A stretch of DNA of 63,931 nucleotides, filler included, from Intoshia linei (Eukaryota; Animalia; Orthonectida), in NCBI GenBank assembly GCA_001642005.1. It is 6 parts of 6 records of this genome, joined end to end, with 100 filler letters (N's around TTAATTAATTAA, not from the genome) between each part and the next. Parts side by side here need not be neighbours in the genome. Positions count along the whole stretch, not along the records: positions 1 to 19,923 come from LWCA01000707.1; positions 20,024 to 31,982 come from LWCA01001122.1; 4 more parts are not named here. One strand, written 5' to 3'. The notes under the pieces are model-generated. The model was not told the origin of the DNA, did no database searches, and saw nothing but the letters and a program-made list of their open reading frames with translations. This document shows, piece after piece, positions 16,901 through 28,913 of the stretch. Numbering within the stretch: position 1 is the stretch's first letter; each line of letters begins with the position of its first letter. The position numbers and the translations under genes are program-made.

Positions 16901-18482
16901 AAAACTTCCCTTAAAAACCGCACAAAAATTTGGTCAAAAAAGAAAAAGTATGATTAATTAGGAAAATATATGATTAAGTCGCTCTAAGATATATCACTCT
17001 AACAATACATCGCTCAAATGAATGTTGCCTATTTTTTCAAACAATTATGTTTTTGTAGTTATCTTTTTTTGTATTGAATGTAACATGTCACTAAAGGAGC
17101 CTTGGATAGGTGACTAGGACTATATGACACTACGCATCGTTAGCAAAAAAACATTTGACCTGTTTTTCATATTAGGTAGCCTGGAGATTAGTATGTTCGG
17201 CTCTGCAAAAAACCTCTGAGTTCTATGAATCACTTCTGCTAATCTATGAAAATTTTTCAAATTTTTTGAATTCTTTAAAATGTAAAATTTGGATTAAATA
17301 TTAATTAAATTAAAAATTTTTTCTTATGCTTATACATTAATTGTATTTATATGGAATTTATTTTAATTCAACGTGTGCACTTAAGTGGAAAATGCATTAC
17401 TAAAAAAATTAATTATACCGGGCCCAATTTTCTATATTTCACCCATCATACTAACTCAATCTAAAATCACTAATTTAGAACAATTAACTGCATGCTTAAA
17501 TATATACCTTAGCATAAATAAACAAATGGGTCCATTAACGCAACCATAATATAAATGACATGTCTTCCAATTATTGAAAAATGTATATATTAGGGATAAA
17601 CTGGATAGTCCCATGACAAACATTATTGGAGTCGTCATATTTATCACAAATCTTTTTTTTATGTTAAGCAATTCAATCACTATAAAGATATACATATAAA
17701 AAATTACAAATAAATAAAATTAAATCTAATAACCCAAAAGAAACGTTGTAGTAAACATTGCAATATTAAACATGGTCATGAGAAATCGAATAACAATATA
17801 ACCCTGAATATTAGTAACAAAAATGGAAGAAATTCGAGTTATAATATTGAGTATACTGCAAATGCTAGCCGTTTTCTTACGTCCAAATCTATATAAAATG
17901 TTTATGGTACAATGTACAATATTACCTATCAGCCGATGCTCCCGACCAAAAACACGACGCAACCATTCCCAATGAAACTGCTAGTTTTAAAAGCAAAATG
18001 TTGTAACTTTGATCGCAGACTAGAGAAAACTAACAATAAATTCGTCGAACCCTAAAAAATCATTCTTACCTGAACGGGTATGGTATATCCATATTCGTCG
18101 CTAAATACATATTTTGTGCATCCTATCAAATTAATGAATATGTTTAATATTAGAAATTTTAATTATAACTACCTTTTCCATTATTTGAGCATTGGTATGG
18201 TTTTTTGAAAATTTTGTCATATTTAGACAACATTACCGAATTATTAATAAGAGTAATATTATCCACACAAGCAAATTGAGGAACTAAAGAGCTGAATACT
18301 ATATCAATGTTACTTTGTCCATATGAAAACGTGATGAAACACATGCTTATTATCACAAAATATCCATTTGATGTATTTACATTGGTAATTTTGTGAAATA
18401 ATTTATATACATTCCATATATTATATTTTGATTTATTTCCCGATTCAGGCGTATTATATTGTAACACAATTTGCTTAGTCAT
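13947..18482 (-). CDS. SLC22-like transporter, paralogue 2 (tandem duplicate with the same exon layout)
   Basis: Colinear exon by exon with paralogue 1: GYTIPVQ, FSLVCD, ADRFGRKK, YGCVNGPICL, FYGININ, YQYPVSLRGSG, SRLG. Probable last exon ends ...CLVIRF* at 13947. Confidence 0.85.
15990..17030. mobile_element. Foldback/Mutator-like intronic element with a nested hAT MITE (about 16066-16456)
   Basis: Left arm has repeated GAGCGA units, mirrored by TCGCTC units at 16975-17030. Internal ~60-bp units occur in both orientations at 16520-16940. Nested CAGTGGTACCCAAAC...GAACCACTG element with an imperfect 8-bp TSD. Confidence 0.6.
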
Positions 18483-19178
18483 TAAAGTTAATAAAACCAG
18501 TTTGTAAAAATATATCCAAATAATTTGATCCCATTACATACATACTTTCACTGGTTATTATATTGATCCAATTTGTGTAGAATTACGTAATATTACAATT
18601 CATTTTAATGTATCATTTTATATAAAGTTTATAGTCTACATTTTTTTATTTTAATTTTTACTAATTTTTTAATCATATTCAGAATTTCGATAAAAGTATC
18701 AAAATGAAGATTTATTTAAAATTGCTTTTTAAACTTTTACTTTCAAATAGATACACAGTGAAATTGGGACACTAGAATCTTTTATTTTCAATATACTATA
18801 TAGAAGTAAAATAAAACATTTTAAAGAATTTTTAGAGTTAATAAAGACATTATTAAATACATAGAAAAAAACATAACACGAAGAATAAATTAAAATAAAA
18901 ATAATGGTTCATTTCCAGAGCTAACCTAAGTTTGTTCGTGGCCCGAAATCAAATTGCTTCTAATAAATGTTTCTCAAATGATGTATGATTATACAGCAGT
19001 GTTTCTCAACCGGTGCACCGTGGAACACTACGACACCGAAAAATTTCATAATTGCTTCCAAGTACGCCAAATTGAAAAAAGATTGAAAAAACAGGCATAT
19101 AACATCTAATCACCTTTCGAAGAGTCTGGACGTCATAAATAAGAAAATAAAAAAAATTTGAAAATTGGATAAAACGCC

Positions 19179-19760
19179 AAACTGAATCAAACCATTTTAA
19201 GTGTTTTTGACGATCAAATAATAATTTTTTTAAATAAAGAAAAATTAAAAATCATGGACCATAAAAAAATTAGTAAATTGAAATTAAAGATATGTTCTTC
19301 CAAATCAATTAAAAATAAATAAAATTTTAAATTTACCACAACAAAAACATTTTCAAACAGAATTAAACTTTTTAAACGGGTTTTTAATGTCTAACAAAAA
19401 AATTTTAAATCACAAAAAAATGAAAATTAACAATTAAATTATAATTAAATTAAATTGTAAGAAAAATAAAAATTGTGAGTAGAGATTCACCCAAATCAAT
19501 TAAAATATAAAAAATTAACAACACATTAATTTGCTAAAACTGAATCAAACCATTGTAATCGTTTTTGACGATCAAGGAATAATTTTTTAAAATAAAATAA
19601 AATTGGAAATCATCGACCATAAAAAATTAGTAAATTGAAATTAAAACGATGGATTCTTCTAAATCAATTAAAAATAAATAAAATGTTAAATTTACCACCA
19701 CAAAAACATTTTCAAACAGAATCAAACTTTTAAAGAGTTTTAATGGTAAACAAAAATATT
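19179..19760. repeat. Diverged direct repeat, period about 360 bp
   Basis: AAACTGAATCAAACCATT..GTTTTTGACGATCAA..ACCATAAAAAAATTAGTAAATTGAAATTAAA occurs at about 19179 and about 19537. Confidence 0.75.
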
Positions 19761-19923
19761 TAAAATAAAATTCAATAAAAATGGAATCAATCATATTATT
19801 GATAATTTGGAACAATGAACTGTAGTATAATTAGTAAGATTTAAATAAGAGCTTTTAATAGAACAAGTGAATTCAACTTAGGTTGATAATATAGATAAAT
19901 AACAATCAATCTCATCTTCAATC

Positions 19924-20023
19924 NNNNNNNNNNNNNNNNNNNNNNNNNNNNNNNNNNNNNNNNNNNNTTAATTAATTAANNNNNNNNNNNNNNNNNNNNN
20001 NNNNNNNNNNNNNNNNNNNNNNN
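19924..20023. other. Assembly gap with artificial spacer (also 31983-32082, 49006-49105, 59145-59244, 60722-60821)
   Basis: Each is a 100-nt block of N with TTAATTAATTAA in the middle. Confidence 0.97.
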
Positions 20024-20029
20024 TAAAAA

Positions 20030-20200
20030 AGTTATGGGAAGGTATCATTATTTACAAATGAAAAATAGCAAAAAATGTAAATAATGTGTTTGGTGTGAAC
20101 CATACATAATCCTTTATTAATGATATCATTTCATTTCCAACAAATCTGTCCTCAAATGATTTCAGTATTTGATGGAACCGTTTACCATGCTCATTGGAGT
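20030..20200 (-). mobile_element. Transposase remnant of the DEHGERFHQ family (same family as 30580-31982)
   Basis: Minus strand translates SNEHGKRFHQILKSFEDRFVG. Confidence 0.65.
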
Positions 20201-20430
20201 GTATTTTGCAATTAAATTGTTACATTTGTTCAATACAAAATTTTGTTTAATATAACAAAAATAACAATCCTATTTCATTACAGATAAAGACCACAATCTA
20301 GGTGGATCAAAAAATTTAGTTCTATTAAGCATATGCAAATAACAAAATGCACAGCATTTTTTGGAATCCATGCTTCTTCCAATATATCAACATAAAACTG
20401 ATTGAATATAATCAGATTATATATATTATA

Positions 20431-20773
20431 TCTTAACTTATATAATATGATACGCGATTTTGAAATTGATTTGTTTGTGTATGTTCAGCTTTATTTACAA
20501 AAATACTCGTCTTAGAATTTTATAAAGTCCACATTTTAATTACAGTTTTTTTCCGGGGGTGTTCGTAAACATAATTTCAACCTCCCAAACTCACATCTTA
20601 CGGGTCAAAAACCCTAATTGTCCCTATTTTTGAAAATCAAAAATTAAATTATTTCTGGGTTAACCCATTTTCTCCCAATGTGACCATATGGTCACACAAA
20701 AATAAAATATTAAAAGGTGAAGCTTCGGCAGAACTAGGTGCTGTTTGTACGTAGTACATAACAGTCAACCTAG
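20431..20773 (+). mobile_element. Complete 343-bp non-autonomous Helitron
   Basis: Starts A|TCTTAACTTATATAAT and ends CAACCTAG|T (TC...CTAG in an A/T target, no TSD). Subterminal hairpin TGTAC-GTA-GTACA about 11 nt before CTAG. Many related copies in the window. Confidence 0.85.
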
Positions 20774-20904
20774 TGAATTAAAAAGTGTGATTCATAGTAT
20801 GATATTCATAGACGAGGTCCCCCAAAATAATTTCTGGTAGCCCCTGTAGTGATATATCGCTATCGTACTAATCGAGATTCGAATATATACTAATGTATGT
20901 ATAT

Positions 20905-20976
20905 GTCTAACTAGCAGAGTGTTTATAGTCATATAATTGTATTCTACGTGGCTAGGTTCGAATCGAGATTTGGACA
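20905..20976 (+). pseudogene. Degenerate tRNA-like sequence inside a hAT-type MITE (about 20812-21047)
   Basis: 72 nt. Acceptor-like pairing GTCTAAC/TTTGGAC, A-box-like TAGCAGAGTGT, B-box GGTTCGAATC, T-run just downstream. D, anticodon and T stems pair poorly. Confidence 0.35.
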
Positions 20977-21750
20977 TCTTTTTATTTAAGATGAACTTAT
21001 CAGAGTTTATATTTGCCAATCGTTACAGCCCCATTTGGGAACCGCTGCTCTAATCTGATAGTTTTATAATAAACGATTTTTCAGATATTAATTTTTTATT
21101 ATTGTAGACTCTACTACTAAGTAGAGGTTTAAAGTTAGTGGTGAACTATTTATTTGGATATCAACAACTAACCTTTATTTAAAATTTTGATTTTATTGTG
21201 GATTACTTTTGGTCCATATGGACCACGTCGGAAATCATTGTGCTATGAGTGGTAGAAACCAACTAAAATGTGGTGTTAATTTTGAGATTATATTTTATTT
21301 TCTCATAATATAAATTACTCAGCCTTCCAATTGAAACCAAATCTAAATGTTTTACTTATGAGAAAAAATAAGTAACATTTTTCAGTTCAATGAACAAAAC
21401 TATTAGATTTCAATGATACGCAGGTGATCCTTGTCTACTCATAGAATGTATTTCTTTTATGATGAAAAATACGGTTTTTATTTTTATGAAGAAAATATAT
21501 TTTGCCATCACGGTTCTATAATCGATTAAAAGACGATCGTCGGTAGAGCTAGATGCAGTTTGTACGAAGTACATAACATACAAGCTGTTATATAAATATT
21601 TTTCATAAAATACAAATTACATTTAAATTTAATTATATTTGAACAGTCAGCACTTTAATTTTAAAACTTTTAATCACAAATCAAAACATTGCTATAAATT
21701 CAAGACCATCATTTATTTGAAATATTTACAGGTAAAATAAAATGTATAGG

Positions 21751-23152
21751 TCAATATGAATTGACTATTGTGACGTATGATCTGGGAAAAATTCCTCGAT
21801 GATATTTACCCTTATGTTCATATTCTCCAGTCCACCAGTCTTTATCGCGGTTTTCAACAACTGTGACATATAGGCCGGTTTTTAGTTCTAATTCATCAGC
21901 TTCTTGAGCCTTAAAATCATAATCGGCACGAACTACAATCTAAACGGTAAAGTATATAATGTAATACTCATAAACAAATAAACATTCCAAATTATATAAT
22001 ACATTAACTTACTGTTAATTTTAATTTTATACTTTAACCATACAAATCAAATCATAGGTAAAAATATGTGCATCTATAATCATACAGTTCGATATTTCTA
22101 TATCGTTTACGCAATTAAAATTATCTAAATGTGCCCATCCACCACCTAAAATCTTATCATAAATAAATTAGAATTTGAAAACCGATAAATGTCTATTTCG
22201 CCATTTATTTAAGAAACTGTGTCCCAGAAAGTGAAAAAACAAAAATATCAAGTCACTTTTTTCCGGCGCAAAGTGTACGATAAATTTCATTCTGAAAAAA
22301 CTGAACCTTCCAGTAAACAGCACAATTAACCTTTTTTAAAAATAAAAAACCAAGTCTAAAAGTCTTGAATTCTAAAATTCAATAAAGTTTTTCAAAATTA
22401 ATGCAATTTCATAAATTTGCACCTTCATGACCAAAACACCCATTATTTTAAAAAAATTATAATAACCAATAACTACTCAATATTAAACTATAATAATAAC
22501 ATTATACTGATATTACCTTATAATGATTAAAAAATTACGCGTTTCATGTCGACCAGATAAATGGTTTGAGTACGACTAACAGAATGTTTTTTATGGTATT
22601 CTACAAGATCGTTAATGGAATTGAATTTATGAACCCAAAGAAAAAAATTATTAGTAGAATCTCTCAATATTTTAAAATGTTGAACGGAAGCTCCAACTCT
22701 AAAAATGAAATATAAAACGGTAAAATAAAAAAAACTTGACAGACATTGAAAATCCACCTGGAGAGCTTTCGCTACTACGAACAATGAATGAACCATCAGG
22801 TTGAATGAGTTCATTTGTTTTTGTATCTCGATCCATTAAAATTTTTTCAGATTCACTCCTAGTAATCCTGGAAATGTACCATCTAAAAGTTAAATGAAAA
22901 ATTTATCAATTAAGAAATAAAAATGGAAATTTATTATAAATTACGAATAATTTTTCATCTCAACATAATTACTTGGAACATAACCGCACTGTGAATCAAC
23001 TTCAGCTTTATACCAATTTTTGTCATCATCCACATTAATAATCTACAAATAAGTACAACCGACTTAAAAATTACCTTTAATAAGTCGTTTCTGTTAAAAC
23101 CAATCTCATCTTGCTGTTTGGGTTTAAAATCGTGTTTTGCAAATGCTTCCAT
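21751..23152 (-). CDS. GRB2: GRB2/Drk/SEM-5 adaptor (SH3-SH2-SH3), 5 exons
   Basis: MEAFAKHDF..., [18 protein letters not shown]2 [17 protein letters not shown] and [28 protein letters not shown]-terminal SH3 [26 protein letters not shown]. Confidence 0.96.
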
Positions 23153-23526
23153 CACAAAATTGAAACTTTTGAAAATTTACTTTGCTACTCAATTGAAACT
23201 GTATAGCACAAAATATAACTCTTATCTCAAAATGAGTCAAAATTTAACAATTCAATGTCTTTTCACTTGACAATGAAAATACTTAAATTTGTCAAAATAG
23301 CGACTATAAACATGTGATAAAAATAACTAGCTGTATTACCAATTATGAATAACCTGTCAAAAACACAATAAAAATTTGATGTACCGATTTGCAAATATTC
23401 TCAGTTATTTCTTTGAGCAGCAATTTAATGTTAAACTATTTATCATAATTTTGTAAATTCAATTTTTCTGTTTATTTCATAATTAAATCTAATCGTTTCC
23501 ATGTTAATATATAGAGATTTTCAAAA

Positions 23527-25099
23527 ATGAATTGGAATACTTGTGTAAAATTTGTACATTTTGTTTTATTATTTTATATAGTGTACATTTTTACGTTTAT
23601 ATTTTAAGGGTGGATACATGAAAGCTAAAAATGAAAAACTTGACAATATCCACAATAAAAATGTTGACAATAACTATCTACAAAAAACTGAAATTTTTAA
23701 AAATGTTGCAATTTACGTGACGGGATATACTGGTTAAAATGATAGTTTAAATTTAAATTGAAAATTTTATAATTTAGTTCCATCGTATAATGAAATTCGC
23801 AAAATTATTATTGAAAATGGAGGGAAATTCATTCATAATTATAGTAAATCTAAAGTTACATTTATTATTGCAACCAATGTTTATGGTGGTAATAATTCGA
23901 CTCATTTCCCGAAAGATTGTATTGTACGACCTAAATGGATTATCGACAGGTTTTTCACTTTTTTAATGACTATTTTTGTTTTTATTTTAATTTTTATTGA
24001 CAATTTATGGTGACGGAATGAGAAAATTGTATCTTGTCATTTTTATGATGCAATTTTGATGTAATCAATACATTTACATTTATTGTACTTGCAAGCTAAT
24101 TTTGCATTTTGGAACCAATTAAGACTTAAATTAAGTTTCAATTTAGTCTAAACCAAAAAAAATGCTTACCCGTTCATGAATATACATTATTTAAACAAGA
24201 AACTATACAGCAAATACCTAATACGCATGAAAATAGTGAAACTGATGAAGAAATATTACACATTTTACCCGACAGCATAGTCAAAAATGACATATCTTCT
24301 TTTTATCAACATTCGCGGTTGCACGTCATGTCTACATTGTTGGTTGACTTGAAAATATTTGTTTCCAATTATCATAAATATTTTGACGTTTCTCTTTGTC
24401 AGAATTTAAAAAAATTTTTATTTGAATTCGAAAATAATCAAGACGAATTTGATACAATTGAAAATCAACCTACTCTGTTGAATACATATTTGTATTTAGA
24501 TATGGATTGTTTCTTTGCATCCGTTTCCTTAATTGGCAAGGATCATTGGCAATGTACGTTTAATTTTCTAAATTCAATTTATAAAATTTAGCCGTACAAT
24601 TTGTAATGTACTTTTTGTTATTTTCAAAGTTGGATATACAGTCAAAATCTCATTTAACGAATGTTTTGTGTAACGAATATTTCATTTAACGAACGTCGAA
24701 AATTGATAAACTCTTTTAATATTATGGGTGAATATAAATAAATTGATCGTAATCTATGGTTATTTTTACATTTCTAATATTTTCGTTAAATTCATTTAAC
24801 GAATATGCCATTTTAATGTTTTGCCATTTATTGTTAAATTGAGATTTTGATTGTATTTAATAATTTAATTATGAGAGGTATATTTATCATTTAGGTCAAC
24901 CGGTAGTTGTATCTCATGGACGTGATCAAAATTCAATGTCTGAAATTTCATCTTGCAATTATGTTGCTCGAAAATTAGGAATAAGAAATGGAATGTTGTT
25001 GAAAATTGCTTTTAAAAAGTGCCCTCATTTAGTTATTCTACCTTATGAATTTCATCTTTACAGAAAATATTCTTTTATGGTTTATGATATATTGTTGAG
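23527..25099 (+). CDS. REV1: DNA repair protein REV1, 5' part only (BRCT plus start of the Y-family polymerase domain)
   Basis: MNWNTC-GGYMKAK, BRCT (IFKNVAIYVTGYT..RPKWIID), FYQHSRLH, YLDMDCFFASV, EISSCNYVARKLGIRNGM..CPHLVILPYEF. The last exon ends at a GT donor (25100); no further REV1 exons were recognised. Confidence 0.93.
24639..24853. mobile_element. Tigger/pogo-type MITE in a REV1 intron
   Basis: Same TA|CAGTCAAAATCTCATTTAACGAA TIR as the element at 12883. Confidence 0.8.
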
Positions 25100-25134
25100 G
25101 TAATTATTCAAATAATAATTTTTTATTTTTTAAC

Positions 25135-25440
25135 AAGGTTGACTGCTATGTACTACGTACAAACAGCAACTAGCTCCGCCGAATGCGGACTTTTTTAATT
25201 TTACCAAAAAAATAATTTCAATAATAAAATCATACTTAAAAATGTTACTGTTTGTTTATTTCAATAACTACCAGTGTTAGAATTTTATAAAGTCCACATT
25301 TCAATTAGTTTTTTCTGGGTGTTAGTAAGCTAAATTTCAACCTCCCAAACTCACATCTTACGGTAAAAAAGCCCAATTGTCTTTTTTTGAAAATCAAACG
25401 AGTTCGAAAATTAAAAAAATATATATCTTCAGGACCAAAG
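25135..25440 (-). mobile_element. Helitron-family copy (chimeric)
   Basis: CAAGGTTGACTGCTATGTACTACGTACAAACAGC is the reverse complement of the Helitron 3' end. Internal family sequence follows. Confidence 0.65.
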
Positions 25441-25740
25441 CCACAAATTACGCCCTTTTTTTTGAATGAAAACAGCCCTAGAATATAAAAAAATTTACAA
25501 TTTTCTTGACTGGAGGATTGTTAATACTATTTCGAGCTATAACTACTAAATATACTAACCAATTCTACCTTTTTGATATTTTCAATAAACTTCCACATAG
25601 TGGGATTTGATGTCCGATTAAATGACAAAATGTGTTATTCTATCATTCACACAAATTATTGATTATAGGAAAATTATAGTCAGGTCCATTTTTTATTTTC
25701 AAGTACTTCGTACAATACATAAGTACATAATTATAATTAT

Positions 25741-25977
25741 TTAATGTATGCCGTTTTTGTAGATTATTGGGATTTTAAGTAAGGCTGATATTTTTTCTGG
25801 GTCAATGAATATACCTTTCTGATTCAAAATGTGTCCTAAGAATTTTATTAGGGTAGAGCCAACAATGTATTTAGAAGATTTTAATTTAACCCTTTCACTA
25901 CTAAGTGTTTTTAGTAGACGTCTTTTACATAAATGACTTTCTTGTACACTCCGTCCACTAATTACAACAACAGTCAT
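25741..25977 (-). mobile_element. Ty3/gypsy reverse-transcriptase C-terminal fragment
   Basis: KLKSSK..IKFLGHILNQKGIFIDPEKISAL matches the gypsy RT pattern FLGHxIxxxGIxxDPxK. Confidence 0.75.
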
Positions 25978-26129
25978 ATTTCTATCAATAATTATAATTA
26001 CAATACTGGATACATATCAAAAATTTGGCAGAATATAAAATTAGCGAGATGCTATTACATGTTCATTTAAAAATTGTAAAATTATTAGTTCTTAATCAAT
26101 TCATACCATATTTAGTAAATTAGTGGAAA

Positions 26130-27016
26130 TATAGAGTGTCCACAATTATAACAACACAACTGTTTATTAATTATAATGACTATATATACTACATGAATAT
26201 TTCTTTCAATAATTAATTGACTTTCTTCCAACCTTTAATACTTCGATTGCACGATTTTTTACAGAATCTGATAATTTTAAAAACGTTTCATCCAAAATGT
26301 CCTCCCATGAATCCATTACGACTTTAGTTAGTTCATTAATATTGTTTATTTCCACCATAAAGACATCGAACCATTATACCCCAAATATTTTATATGGATT
26401 GAGATCTGGAGACACAGCAGGCCAGTTCATAATATTAAAAAAATGATCATTTAAAAATAATTTTGTCGATCTAGGTTTGTGACAACTCGCATTATCTTGT
26501 TGATAGATTAAATTTTCGTTGTGAGGAAGGAAAGGTATGAGGTTATGTTCTATAACTGTTGGGTACTTGATAGAGTTTATATTACCATTTACTTGGACAA
26601 GACATTTTATACCACCACTTGAGAAAGCTCCCCATATCATAACACCACCTCCACCAAATCATCTGACCCTTTCTGGCAATTCATGGCTTAAGTCATGACA
26701 GTAATAATTGTAGTAATCGGGACCATCTAGATTGAACTTTTTTTTCATCAGTCCAAATGATATTTTTGGAATTTATATTACTCTTCAAATAATTTTCTGC
26801 CCACTTTACTCTGGAGTCTTTGTGTCTTGCTAGTAATTTTGGCTTTGGTTTAATTTTAACAAGGATGATATTTTGGTTTGACTTGATAACATTGTAAACG
26901 GAAGATTTTGATATATTTATTCCCTTAGAGCACATAATCGTCGCAACACCTCTTACTCCTTTATTAGGATTTAAAGTTACCTCCCTTATATTTAGCAGGT
27001 ATTGTAGAATCCCCAA
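26130..27016 (-). mobile_element. Tc1-family transposon, decayed transposase
   Basis: IIWTDEKK, FGGGGVMIWGAFS, QQDNASCH, WPAVSPDLNP. Contains a stop and frameshifts. Confidence 0.9.
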
Positions 27017-27019
27017 TTT

Positions 27020-27653
27020 GTTCGTCAGACATGGTAATTAATTGTGTTCGTAACTCAACATACGTTTTTCCAGTACCTGTTAAATCAAGCATCTGTTTAA
27101 TCATGTTATGAGCTGGAAGTAATCCATTCTTCAAAAATACCTACTTCATAATGTCACTAATTTCACTTTTCGTTCCACTCAGACAATTAAAAGCATCTTC
27201 CAAGCGTGATATATAAGAAAGTAATGATTCAGTAGTTTTCATCCTTGAATTAGAGTTTTTGTAGAATTTCCCTTTGAGAAAATTCAGAGGTTGATCGTCT
27301 CAGAGACAGCAAGGCTTTCCACATATTTTCTACGTTTCCGTCATTCATCGGTCGAAAGGCTTCTAAAACTTGTAGAATTAAGTGTGGAATTCATTGTACT
27401 ATCAGATAAAATAGAATTGGGTAGATTTTCTCTATGCCTTTTACTGGTTAAATTTCTTTTGCAAACTGGGCAATGTACTCTTGTCGGACAAATGATAATA
27501 AATCCATTTAATTCAATCCATATATTTAATTCTGAATATCTCATTATAAAAATATTGTAATATTAAAATAAAATAAATAAGAGAGTAACGAAGTAAATAT
27601 AAAAATAAAACAAACAATTGTGAACGAGTGATAATAATAATTAAAATATTACA
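27020..27653 (-). mobile_element. Decayed LTR-retrotransposon gag with putative short LTR (27556-27653)
   Basis: RMKTTESLLSYISRLEDAF..FLKNGLLP is gag-capsid-like. The 98-bp segment upstream is bounded by the inverted repeat TGTAATATT/AATATTACA (TG...CA). Confidence 0.5.
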
Positions 27654-28099
27654 ACAAAAAACTAAACTTTTTATTTTAAAAATATAATTGAACTATAAAA
27701 TTGTATGGTTTATAAAAATATATAAGCGTGGAATAAATGCGAGAAGTGCGGGAAGAAGTGCGTTCAAATGTACATCACTAATGGAAATGCGCGAATTACG
27801 CACTTTCTGGCAACTCTGCATAGGTGTGCAATTTGTTTCTCTTGCTCTATGTTGCCATTTTGCTTCGTGTGTCCAGATGTTGTAGCCTTTTTGGAGCTCT
27901 TTCCACTGGTGGTTTTTCTCATTTTTGATGGGTTTTCTTTTGATTCGTATCTTGAGTGATGAGGGTTTGATTTTGTGTTTTTTTATGGATTTAATTTAGT
28001 TTACTTTATTTGAAGTAATATATACATTAGTAAGTAACATATTTATATCTGTTATATTGACTGGAAAAATATATTTAACTTTGTTTAAAACCTCAATGT

Positions 28100-28760
28100 T
28101 AATATTTGTTCTTTTTATCAGTTCCGTGAAACATTTAATCAAAAAACTTTTCATCAGACACAAAGCATCATTTTATCTGATTTAGATAAATTGAGATTAA
28201 ACATTTTGTTCACAATCAATTCCAATATCTATTGGATTTTTTCTATACGATATAGTTTCACAGGTAATTATATCATTTGACACTCTTGACAATATTGACT
28301 GAGTGAAAACTTTCAATTCCCAAAATAGCTTTGCATGATCAGCAGTATCGGATTGAAATTTTGCGTTCATAATTTCAAAAGAACGTAAAATTGGAGCGGC
28401 AAATTTTAGGTACATCAAATTTTTAGTAGTATAAAAATTAAATATATTTTGCGCTTTGGTTTGTGTTCCTCTCCGAATTATTAATCGGTCATTATTTATA
28501 ATTTTGTACAATTTTCTATATTCTTCAAGTCTAAGAGGTGATTTATTGAAAGAAGAATATGTGTCTCTTATTAAAATATCTATGATATCGGGAATAATAT
28601 CAAAGGCGTACGAGCAGGCCAAATGAAGTGAATGGCTGATACATTTCACCAATATATTATTAGGTATACGGGTTTTTAGTTTAGAATACAATGAGTTATG
28701 AGTACCACAAAGGTTGTTCTCTCAAAGGTTGTTGTACGCAAGAGACTATTTGCAGATGTA
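28100..28760 (-). mobile_element. hAT transposase fragment
   Basis: NLCGTHNSLYSKLK..VKCISHSLHLACS (CxxH motif), FEIMNAKFQS. Confidence 0.75.
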
Positions 28761-28913
28761 TTTTATTGTTTCCAAAGTAATATATCGATATTAAATTGAA
28801 TAATGATATATTTAATTTTATAAGTAACACAGTAGTTTCCTCAAGTAGATTTTTTGCAAATTATATGATCTGTAAACATCTAAATATTATAAATTAATTT
28901 TTAATATTCATTA

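Noticed and set aside
16520-16940. Regular ~60-bp repeats resembling a CRISPR array
   Set aside because: Units are degenerate tandem copies with no unique spacers, in a eukaryotic intron with no cas genes.
19968-19979. TTAATTAATTAA palindrome repeated at five places
   Set aside because: Always centred in a 100-nt N block; it is an artificial scaffold spacer with stops in all six frames.
26110-26150. Possible next REV1 exon (SGNIE)
   Set aside because: Too short, lacks the SCDE motif and coincides with the Tc1 terminus.
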